This document shows, one piece after another, positions 9,476 through 17,074 of a stretch of DNA of 36,637 nucleotides; positions within the stretch are counted from its first letter, which is position 1, and the number at the start of each line of letters is the position of its first letter. The DNA is from an uncultured Prevotellaceae bacterium (GTDB taxonomy: Bacteria; Bacteroidota; Bacteroidia; Bacteroidales; Bacteroidaceae). The stretch is from NCBI GenBank assembly GCA_947176655.1, contig CAMWRK010000001.1, positions 1-36,637 on the forward strand, given 5' to 3'. Below the pieces are notes generated by a model. The model was not told where the DNA came from. It worked only from the letters and a program-made list of their open reading frames with translations, and searched no databases. Made by a program: the position numbers and the translations under genes.

Positions 9476-11306
9476 ATTTGTACGAGAGTTTGTGTATGAA
9501 GCTTTTGGTTTGGCCGGAACCATAGCTGTTATTGGCTTTTACACTGGTAGCATCGGCATTGAGAGTGAATGTGACATGGTCGTCATACTTGTTGTACACA
9601 CTACTGAAGAATTTGGTGCCGGAATCCTTGGAAAAATAGGTATAATCGCCCACCGACAGAGTAAGCGTGGTACCAACAGTGGCACCATTAGTGGCAACGG
9701 TATAAGGACAGTCCATCCGTGTTCCTGCCGGTATGGCAAAGCGGTCGGACGTAATGTACTGCGGTTGTGATGTGGTGTTTTGCCCCAGGCGTACGCACGA
9801 CATGCCACTGTCCGAGACATCCCAATTGACAGTACCATGACTGTTCCATCCTGCATCTCTGGTTGGCGGAGCATATTCGGCGGGAAGACCGGTTATGCGC
9901 ACATCCTTCTGCGTCATGACTGTTATGTCTGCAAATGTTGCAGTGCATGACAGTGTGTACTCCGTCAGCGATGGAGCCAGATTTGTCACGTCAGGATATG
10001 AGATACGACTACCGTTCATGGTTCCGGAAAGTGTTGTCTCGTTGACGGTTGTCGTGACAGATGGCGCATACGTCGGATTGTTCAGAAGAGACGGAGCAAT
10101 TCCAATGTTTACGGATGGGGCATACAATGTATAGGCATCACAATTGTTCGCGCCATCCACATCGCCGGACAAGTATTTTGAATATGAAGTGTATCCATCC
10201 GCCACAATATCGACCGTAGGCTTTGTCACGTTGAAATCGCGTGCACCGGTTTCGCTCTCAATGCCGTCCCTGATTACATAGAAGACAGCCCGATACTGAC
10301 CGGAAGGAAGATACGGATATTCCATGCCCTGTTCATCGTGTCCCGATGCTAACGCCCCGTCTCCCTGTACACTGCGCATGACAGCATTTGCAGAGTTCTC
10401 CACGACTGCCTTCCATTCAAATCCCGGATACCCGTTGCCGAAATCGATATCTGTTCCGGCAAGCCGGCCTTCCGCGTCGAATGCATGATGGACCTGTACA
10501 CCGGGAAGCGGCAACCATGACAACGGGATTGTCTGCTGGAGAGTCACTTCCTCAATCTCTACAGCAGAAATCTCTATCGCCATAAGGCTCTGCGGATCGG
10601 GCAATGACAGCGTAACAATGGCATGTTCGGCAGGGGCAAACGATGACGGGAAATCTGTTTGGGAAAGATCCAGCATAGCGCTGACATGTCTGCCGTCCTC
10701 TTTAAGAACGCCAGTAAATTCCAGTGAGACACTGCTGCCGGAACGGAAATATACGCTTTGGTACGATTTCTTGTCTGAAACAGTTGCATAATACCCATCC
10801 ACATGCACACGGACAGCATAACTGTCATACAAACGCGAGAAACGTTCCTGCTCCTGCACATCACGTCCAAAGCGTACAGAGACCAATGAGTTGGCAACGC
10901 TGCATGCCACGTCTACCTGCGTGTTCTGCCCATGTTCTACACTGACATTATCCGCCGTGCCGAGATAGTATGGCTCATCTATGGCTATAAGCGGATTGTC
11001 ACCGCATGAAACAGACACTTCATAAAGCCCTGTCGCAAGCGGTATGGCGGTATCTGTCAGCTTGTCCCGATAACATATCATTCCGTCCTGATTTCTCACG
11101 ACAAGTGAAAACCTGTCCAATGACGGTGCACCGATTTCCACCGGTGTACTGCGTGTCTCAATTTGTGATGACACATTGTTCAGTCTGACATTGAGTGTTC
11201 CCTCTTCCCGTTGAGGTAAATCAGCCTCCGTCTGACATGCTGTAAGGATCAATGCAAATAGCAGTGCAGGGATGTTATTTATGATGTTTGCTTTTTTTAT
11301 GATCAT
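9465..11306 (-). CDS. DUF4493-like lipoprotein with ~370-aa C-terminal extension (paralogue 4)
   Basis: 613-aa ORF with lipobox LILTAC followed by QTEADL. Paralogue motifs: GTLNVRLNNVSSQIETRS, TGLYEVSVSCGD, EPYYLGTA and QVDVACSVANSLVSVRF. ATGA overlap with the upstream gene at 11303-11306. Confidence 0.75.
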   Translation of the reverse strand: MIIKKANIINNIPALLFALILTACQTEADLPQREEGTLNVRLNNVSSQIETRSTPVEIGAPSLDRFSLVVRNQDGMICYRDKLTDTAIPLATGLYEVSVSCGDNPLIAIDEPYYLGTADNVSVEHGQNTQVDVACSVANSLVSVRFGRDVQEQERFSRLYDSYAVRVHVDGYYATVSDKKSYQSVYFRSGSSVSLEFTGVLKEDGRHVSAMLDLSQTDFPSSFAPAEHAIVTLSLPDPQSLMAIEISAVEIEEVTLQQTIPLSWLPLPGVQVHHAFDAEGRLAGTDIDFGNGYPGFEWKAVVENSANAVMRSVQGDGALASGHDEQGMEYPYLPSGQYRAVFYVIRDGIESETGARDFNVTKPTVDIVADGYTSYSKYLSGDVDGANNCDAYTLYAPSVNIGIAPSLLNNPTYAPSVTTTVNETTLSGTMNGSRISYPDVTNLAPSLTEYTLSCTATFADITVMTQKDVRITGLPAEYAPPTRDAGWNSHGTVNWDVSDSGMSCVRLGQNTTSQPQYITSDRFAIPAGTRMDCPYTVATNGATVGTTLTLSVGDYTYFSKDSGTKFFSSVYNKYDDHVTFTLNADATSVKANNSYGSGQTKSFIHKLSYKYAK

Positions 11307-12994
11307 TCGTAAAGTAGTTTCATATTGTCAAGTTGCAGCAACGACTTATCGCCACCGAGAAAATAATCACCGTATTTGCTGCTGGAGGCAACGATTATAA
11401 TATATTTCGGAGTGCGGTTTCTATGCCTGTATTCTATCTGTATGGTGTGTGTCGTCCATTGGGTTACGTCACAATCCTGCGTAAGCTGGCCATAAGCTAT
11501 CACATTGTCACTCTGCGGGTCGAACAGTTTAAGTTCCGACGGACGGGTACGTATTACATAAGGGTAAACTGTTCCTTCGAATTCTTCCTCGTCCGCATCA
11601 CCGATGAGAGCCACATACACCTGGCACATGTCAGGCTTGCCGCGCAATCCCTCGTATACCTCACGACTGATGTAACGTGCATAGGACTCCTCCCATTTTG
11701 TGCCGCCCTTGTTTATTATTGACGAGTAATAACGGAAATCAAATTGCAGATGTGTCGGAAAACTGTTGAAAGGCCTGCCAAAGCCTAAAATGCCGTTTGT
11801 TCCGTCCGTCTTGAGATATTTACCGGTAAAGATGCTGCCGGCAGCAAACTTGATGACAATGTATTTGGACTGCAGATTGGCAAATGTACGCCCGTCTTCT
11901 GTAACACCGGTAGTATTGCTTGCACCTACAGTGGTTGCACCACGGTTACCGGTATCCCAGTAAGCGGTCTGTCCGTCTGCCCATGGCCTGTACAATATCT
12001 GATTGCCCGCACCTTCCTGACTCCAAAAATCAAAACTGCCGTTTTCTATCTGTATTGCAGGCGCAGTGGTAAAACACTTGACCGCAGTCGCTGTCTCTCC
12101 CGAAACAACCTGCAGTTCATATTCCGTACCCGGAAGCAAGCCATCCACCTCCGCACTGTATTCTGTCTGGGATGTGACAACCTTTTCCGCAGGCAATACA
12201 CACCACTCCGCCTCACCAGTCTGACGATACTGAACCTTGGGCGTAGTGCCGTTCTGTTTTTCACCACTTACGAATGCCCTGACCGAGTGGGCAAATACGG
12301 ATGCTGTCGTGGACAGGTGGCTGTCTGCATTGTATACATACACATTCCACGTCTCCAACTCCGTCTTCCAGGCACATCTCACAGAGAAAGTCCTTCTCAT
12401 GCTGAAATCCAGCGTCTGCCCCGTAGGATCGGGAGTGACCGTACCGTGAATGCCTCCGAGCACCATCTTATTGACCTTTACAGCCGAAAGATTCTGCGAG
12501 GGTGACACATAGACCACAACATTATTGTTGACGGTATCTATGACAGCTGTCCCCACCTGGTTCTCTACCTCAACCTCACGCACGACGACCTGATGTACAC
12601 GTATCTTCCATTCATACTTCTGGTACGTTACAAGTTCAAAGACTACCTCCTGCGAGAAGTCCAATGTAGGCATGAGACCTTGGCTGGGCTTAAAGGAAAT
12701 GTCCGTACCCTTAACCCTGACAGTGGCGTCATTACTGACATCCATACTTCTGATGTACAGTTTGCTGACATCTACCCTGTCATCGACATAAATGTCCACC
12801 GTCCGCTTTTCCTTGTCTATCAAAGCCACAGGTTCGCCCTGTCCATTAGGAGAGCACTGACCCTCAATGAGTATATCGGTTATCTCACTCTTTACCAAAG
12901 GCAAAGGCAGGTCATCCTTTATGGTGCAGGAATGCAGCAACAGTATTGCCAGCAGAGAATGGTATATTATGAATGTGTATATGCTGCGTTTCAT
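11303..12994 (-). CDS. lipoprotein with a distinct N-terminal region, an FN3-like module and a PCMD-like C-terminal domain
   Basis: 563-aa ORF with lipobox LLHSC followed by TIKDD (a K-D-D export-signal-like motif). FN3-like segment: PKVQYRQTGEAEWCVLP...LLPGTEYELQV. PCMD-like segment begins AIQIENGSFDFWSQ and ends KYGDYFLGGDKSLLQLDNMKLLYE. ATGA overlap with the upstream gene at 12991-12994. Confidence 0.75.
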   Translation of the reverse strand: MKRSIYTFIIYHSLLAILLLHSCTIKDDLPLPLVKSEITDILIEGQCSPNGQGEPVALIDKEKRTVDIYVDDRVDVSKLYIRSMDVSNDATVRVKGTDISFKPSQGLMPTLDFSQEVVFELVTYQKYEWKIRVHQVVVREVEVENQVGTAVIDTVNNNVVVYVSPSQNLSAVKVNKMVLGGIHGTVTPDPTGQTLDFSMRRTFSVRCAWKTELETWNVYVYNADSHLSTTASVFAHSVRAFVSGEKQNGTTPKVQYRQTGEAEWCVLPAEKVVTSQTEYSAEVDGLLPGTEYELQVVSGETATAVKCFTTAPAIQIENGSFDFWSQEGAGNQILYRPWADGQTAYWDTGNRGATTVGASNTTGVTEDGRTFANLQSKYIVIKFAAGSIFTGKYLKTDGTNGILGFGRPFNSFPTHLQFDFRYYSSIINKGGTKWEESYARYISREVYEGLRGKPDMCQVYVALIGDADEEEFEGTVYPYVIRTRPSELKLFDPQSDNVIAYGQLTQDCDVTQWTTHTIQIEYRHRNRTPKYIIIVASSSKYGDYFLGGDKSLLQLDNMKLLYE

Positions 12995-13950
12995 AAATAG
13001 AATGTCAGTCCGAGATTGACACTGAATATATTGAACCTGAAGTTGGCTCCGCCACTATTGCTTTTTCCCATCTCATATTCCGTAGCCCCGGGATGCAGGT
13101 TCTTGTATTTGGTCCACTGGTAATTTATACCCATAACACCGATAGAGGTCTCTACTGCCAGAAAGTCTGTAACAAACACGCAAATGCCGGGAGAAACACC
13201 CAGCTGCACTGCATGAGCTGTTACATACGAGCCGTCCAATGTATTGATACCATTGCTCTCGTCCCTTATTCCGGTACTGTTCTTACCCTGCGCATTGGCA
13301 TAAGAGAATCGTGCTTCGGCAAAGCATCCAAAGATCTTGCTTCCGAACAATGGAGTGTAATATCGCATGAAAACAGCAGCCTCATGTTTATGCTCCAGAT
13401 CGTACAGATCCTTGAGGTTTATGTTAAGATCCTCTCCGAGACTCAGCTCCAGACTCCCCAGGTCGAAATATTGCCTGCTGTAGTTATAGCGGGCTCCGAC
13501 AGCCAGATTATCGGCAAAGAAATATCCCACTGCAGGGGAAACGCTAAGAATGTGAGCCTTCAGGTCAAGGTTCTTGAGCACTACAAAGTTGATGTTCTCA
13601 TTATCCCACTCACGATAGTTCGCAGAAAGTCCGGCCATCCACGTTCCCTTCGGAATAAACACAGCCTTGAGTTCACTACGGTCAACACGCTGTATACGGC
13701 GCGTCGATTTGGGACGCCGTGGTTTCTGCTTCAACATCCGTATCAAGTCCTGTACCGATATTGAGTCATGTATCGACATCAGTTTCTGCACCGATATTGA
13801 ATCATGCTGCACTATCGAATCCCGAACCGCCACAGAGTCCTGTATCGCCACAGAATCCTGTATATCTATTGAATCCTGTGCTGACACTGCCACATATCCG
13901 AAGATAAATAGCAGTGTCAGTAAAGAAGATTTGATGATGTTTATTTTCAT
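12991..13950 (-). CDS. small outer-membrane beta-barrel (porin-family/OMP_b-brl-like) protein with N-terminal hexapeptide repeats
   Basis: 319-aa ORF with a signal peptide (...GYVAVSA|QD). After a repeat region and a basic linker (KQKPRRPKSTRRIQR), the rest shows alternating hydrophobic beta-strand patterns (AVGARYNYS, AAVFMRYYT, AEARFSYA, ANFRFNIFSVNLGLTFYL) with an aromatic-rich C-terminal strand. Confidence 0.75.
   Translation of the reverse strand: MKINIIKSSLLTLLFIFGYVAVSAQDSIDIQDSVAIQDSVAVRDSIVQHDSISVQKLMSIHDSISVQDLIRMLKQKPRRPKSTRRIQRVDRSELKAVFIPKGTWMAGLSANYREWDNENINFVVLKNLDLKAHILSVSPAVGYFFADNLAVGARYNYSRQYFDLGSLELSLGEDLNINLKDLYDLEHKHEAAVFMRYYTPLFGSKIFGCFAEARFSYANAQGKNSTGIRDESNGINTLDGSYVTAHAVQLGVSPGICVFVTDFLAVETSIGVMGINYQWTKYKNLHPGATEYEMGKSNSGGANFRFNIFSVNLGLTFYL
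13735..13878 (-). repeat. about 8 degenerate tandem 18-bp (hexapeptide) repeats inside the barrel gene
   Basis: The protein reads QDSIDI QDSVAI QDSVAV RDSIVQ HDSISV QKLMSI HDSISV QDLIRM. The DNA shows the matching 18-nt periodicity (e.g. gagtcctgtatcgccaca / gaatcctgtatatctatt / gaatcctgtgctgacact on the plus strand). Confidence 0.8.
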
Positions 13951-15743
13951 TATTGCAGAGTTGGTTCACCGTATTCGAATGAGAAGTCATCTACATACAT
14001 GACATTGCTGTCTGAACCGTAGAAGTAGTCACCCCACTTGTTGGCACTACATACAATAAGCATGTATGCGGGCTTTTTGTTCGTGACATGATACCTCAGT
14101 GGTATGGTAAACTCTTCCCACTGACCATTGGTACCGGTATTCCTCGTCAATTCTCCGTAAGCTATTACGCGCGGGTCTTCCTCCCAGTTGATGACGGTAC
14201 TCTTCTTGTACTCGCCACTTTCCGCATTGCCACCGACCTTCAACTGCTCTGTCAGCAATGCGCAGAAAATCTGGCAGGCATCCATCTCGCCCTTGGCCGG
14301 AGCACCTGCACCAGAAGGCTGGTTTCCACGATTGATTGCGCCCGGAGTAAACGCGAAATAACCCTTCAAAGCACTGGGACGTGAAACAAACGGGACACCC
14401 CAATCCAGTTTGGCACCGCTTGTGCCTATCAAGTCTACGCATTTTCCAGTAAACAGGCTGGCAGCGGCAAGTTTGATGACAACATATTTTGTAGCCAACT
14501 TGGCCGAATATGTACCGCTGTGAACCATTTCCGTACTGCGTGTAGTGACATTGTACGATTCGCCCATAGTTGTTGCGCCAGGATTACTTGAATCCCAATA
14601 AGTGCCACCCTCAGCATTGGGATACCACGAATTACCGCCCTTGTACCAATTCTCGAAGCTGGCATTCTCAATAGCGGTCTGGCTTTCGGTGACGAACTCC
14701 ATCTCGTTGCTGTTCACTCTGGTCTCTCCGTTATTGTAGCTCATACGGTATACGTAGGTCTTGGCCGGAGTCAGTCCGCTAAGATGATAGGTGTATCCAT
14801 CAGCACCATCGGATACAAGCTGAGAATAAGGAATCTCAGTCCATCCCGGCGCTGTCTTCAGACGGTACTGCATTGTAAGTTTTGTAGCGTCAAACTCAGA
14901 GGTCTTGGCTGTTACCGAACCAGTAAGGTCAGCAAACGTGCTCCAAGCATTGGCCGTCATAACCTGTAAAGACGTAGAACTCTTTCTGGGAACCTCTATG
15001 TTGAACGTGTATGACTGCGTAGCGTCGTCCACAGACACGGAAACACCGCCCATATTGCCGGCCTCGGCAATCTTGTAGTTGACGATATAGTGGTCGCGCG
15101 CCTTCACACCTGTCACGTCTCTTGACATGGAATGCTCCTCTCCGGCCATATTCGTAACAGCCAGCAGGAAGTTGAGGTTGCCGACAGGGAAATAGGCCGA
15201 ACCGACTGTCTGGTAACCGAAACGACGCATTGCAACGCCCTCTACAGCCGAACTTACGATACAGGATGCTTCGCGGAAATATTTGCGGAAATTCTCGTCA
15301 AACTTGACACTCACCTTGACATTGGCCTGCGTCAGAGTAAGGGTAGCCTTGGTCAGTGTCTTGGCCGCTATCGTCACTCTTGTGAAGCCGTCATAGTACG
15401 GTGCACCAAAACCTGAGCCAGAACCGTCCCAACCTGCGGAACTGCCGTGGATGGTGTACGAACCCTGCGGAAGAACGATATTGCCCTTGAACGCATCGTC
15501 GTTGCTGACATCTTCCGTTGACATCACCACCTTGCCACTGTTGTTGTCCGTAATCTGCACACTTATCTTTTTGGGATTGTAGCCCTCGGGCTTGTCTGCA
15601 CGCGTGTTGGTGGACGTAAGGGTATTGAGTTCCAGACGCAGATAGCCTGCGCTGTTCATCATCTCCAGTTCTTGCCCGTTATCGCATGATGCAACAAGCA
15701 TGGAGACGGCACACATAATCAGTATATATATTCTTGTTTTCAT
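13950..15743 (-). CDS. DUF4493-like + FN3-like + PCMD-like fusion lipoprotein (paralogue 3)
   Basis: 597-aa ORF with lipobox LVASC followed by DNGQELE. Paralogue motifs: GYLRLELNTLTSTNTRA, QGSYTIHGSSAG, APYYDGFT and ATLTLTQANVKVSVKF. FN3-like segment: LTMQYRLKTAPGWTEIP...LTPAKTYVYRM. PCMD-like segment begins AIENASFENWYK and ends KWGDYFYGSDSNVMYVDDFSFEYG. TAATG overlap with the barrel gene at 13950. Confidence 0.8.
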   Translation of the reverse strand: MKTRIYILIMCAVSMLVASCDNGQELEMMNSAGYLRLELNTLTSTNTRADKPEGYNPKKISVQITDNNSGKVVMSTEDVSNDDAFKGNIVLPQGSYTIHGSSAGWDGSGSGFGAPYYDGFTRVTIAAKTLTKATLTLTQANVKVSVKFDENFRKYFREASCIVSSAVEGVAMRRFGYQTVGSAYFPVGNLNFLLAVTNMAGEEHSMSRDVTGVKARDHYIVNYKIAEAGNMGGVSVSVDDATQSYTFNIEVPRKSSTSLQVMTANAWSTFADLTGSVTAKTSEFDATKLTMQYRLKTAPGWTEIPYSQLVSDGADGYTYHLSGLTPAKTYVYRMSYNNGETRVNSNEMEFVTESQTAIENASFENWYKGGNSWYPNAEGGTYWDSSNPGATTMGESYNVTTRSTEMVHSGTYSAKLATKYVVIKLAAASLFTGKCVDLIGTSGAKLDWGVPFVSRPSALKGYFAFTPGAINRGNQPSGAGAPAKGEMDACQIFCALLTEQLKVGGNAESGEYKKSTVINWEEDPRVIAYGELTRNTGTNGQWEEFTIPLRYHVTNKKPAYMLIVCSANKWGDYFYGSDSNVMYVDDFSFEYGEPTLQ

Positions 15744-15769
15744 AGTCTTGTCTTTTTATGTATGTTAGG

Positions 15770-17038
15770 TTAATTTACCGTAAGCGTCAGTGAACCTTCC
15801 TTCTTACCACCCTTCATGTCTGTTATCACCAAGTCAAATGTATGTGCTCCGGGCAATACTTGCAGCAGACTGAAGAAATTGCCTATCGGGAAGGTATATT
15901 CCTTGTCGCCCTGAGCAGGAACTGTCAATGTCTGGCCAAGTTCGGTAAACAGATTTACCATTTGTGTATTGCCGACAACCTCTGCACCGTTTACGAAATC
16001 CACGTGATACCCGTCCTCAAGGTCTGCCAATGAAGAGAGCATATCCTCACTGGTTGAGGACATCTTGACTACGATGCTCTTGATTCCGTTCTCGCACTTT
16101 ATGTACGTATTGCCCAATGACGGATCCGTGCCTGGTGCCAGTACCATGTTCTGGGGAAGGTTCAGGAGAATCTTGGAATCATCGTTGCCAGGCTCATCAC
16201 CACCTTGGTTGCCACCCTCCTCAAATCCGGGCTTGTCAACGACAATGACTGTTACTTCCTCGTTCGTTTCGGTAAATGTCACATTGGCATTTATGCTGAT
16301 GGCGTTTATCTTGCCGTCCGTAGATTCTGTCGGAGAAAAATTGAGGGTCAGAGCATCACCTCCGCCGAAGTTCTCTCTGTCATCATCGTAACTTTCATCA
16401 GCCTGGTCTTTTGTCAGCAGGCTTCTGGACGTTATTCTGCTGCCGTCTGCTGTCATACCACGGAAATTCACCGTAAGTTCTTTTGCTCCCTCCTCACCAA
16501 AATACCAGTATACGGCATTCGTAAACTCTGTGTTAGTGAAAGACAGGACTGTCTCGCTGCCGTCGCTTATGGTGATTTCCCATGATTGGAAGACATCGCG
16601 GAACTCCTGACTGTAATTCACCGTAATCAGACTGTTCTGCATTTTGCATACAATATCGACATTTGATGTCACGCCTTTCAGGATTTCCATAGTTTCCGTT
16701 CCACTGTAATACGGGTCGGACATTCTCTTCTGTATTATGCCTGGGGTATGTGATTGTACGACATAATTGCCCACAGCCATCACCACCTGTTCGGGAATCT
16801 CCGATATCGCATTGTAGGACAGAACCTGTTTTCCTTCCGCATCGTAGACATCGAGAGGAAAGTCCGTAACCTGAGAAACGGCACGCGTTTCCGTCTTCTC
16901 CGGAGTTTTTACCCGGACATTGAATACGGCTGTTCCCTCACCCTGAGCTGAGCGGTCTATATCTATGGTCTCAGTGACACACGATGTAAAAAGGACAGTG
17001 CAAAGAACACCTATCTTGAATTTATTCAGGAATTTCAT
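15770..17038 (-). CDS. DUF4493-like lipoprotein with C-terminal extension (paralogue 2)
   Basis: 422-aa ORF with lipobox LFTSC followed by VTETIDID. Paralogue motifs: GTAVFNVRVKTPEKTETRA, VGNYVVQSHTPG, DPYYSGTE and NVDIVCKMQNSLITVNY. It has an acidic Gly-rich linker (GFEEGGNQGGDEPGNDD). Confidence 0.8.
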   Translation of the reverse strand: MKFLNKFKIGVLCTVLFTSCVTETIDIDRSAQGEGTAVFNVRVKTPEKTETRAVSQVTDFPLDVYDAEGKQVLSYNAISEIPEQVVMAVGNYVVQSHTPGIIQKRMSDPYYSGTETMEILKGVTSNVDIVCKMQNSLITVNYSQEFRDVFQSWEITISDGSETVLSFTNTEFTNAVYWYFGEEGAKELTVNFRGMTADGSRITSRSLLTKDQADESYDDDRENFGGGDALTLNFSPTESTDGKINAISINANVTFTETNEEVTVIVVDKPGFEEGGNQGGDEPGNDDSKILLNLPQNMVLAPGTDPSLGNTYIKCENGIKSIVVKMSSTSEDMLSSLADLEDGYHVDFVNGAEVVGNTQMVNLFTELGQTLTVPAQGDKEYTFPIGNFFSLLQVLPGAHTFDLVITDMKGGKKEGSLTLTVN

Positions 17039-17074
17039 AAGTATAATTATTTCTAATAATGTATAGAAAGCTTG

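Noticed and set aside
13735-13878. Tandem 18-bp repeats considered as a possible CRISPR or other non-coding array.
   Set aside because: The repeats are contiguous with no spacers and only 18 bp long. They are in frame within a well-supported CDS and translate to a regular hexapeptide. I saw no cas genes or repeat-spacer arrays anywhere in the window.
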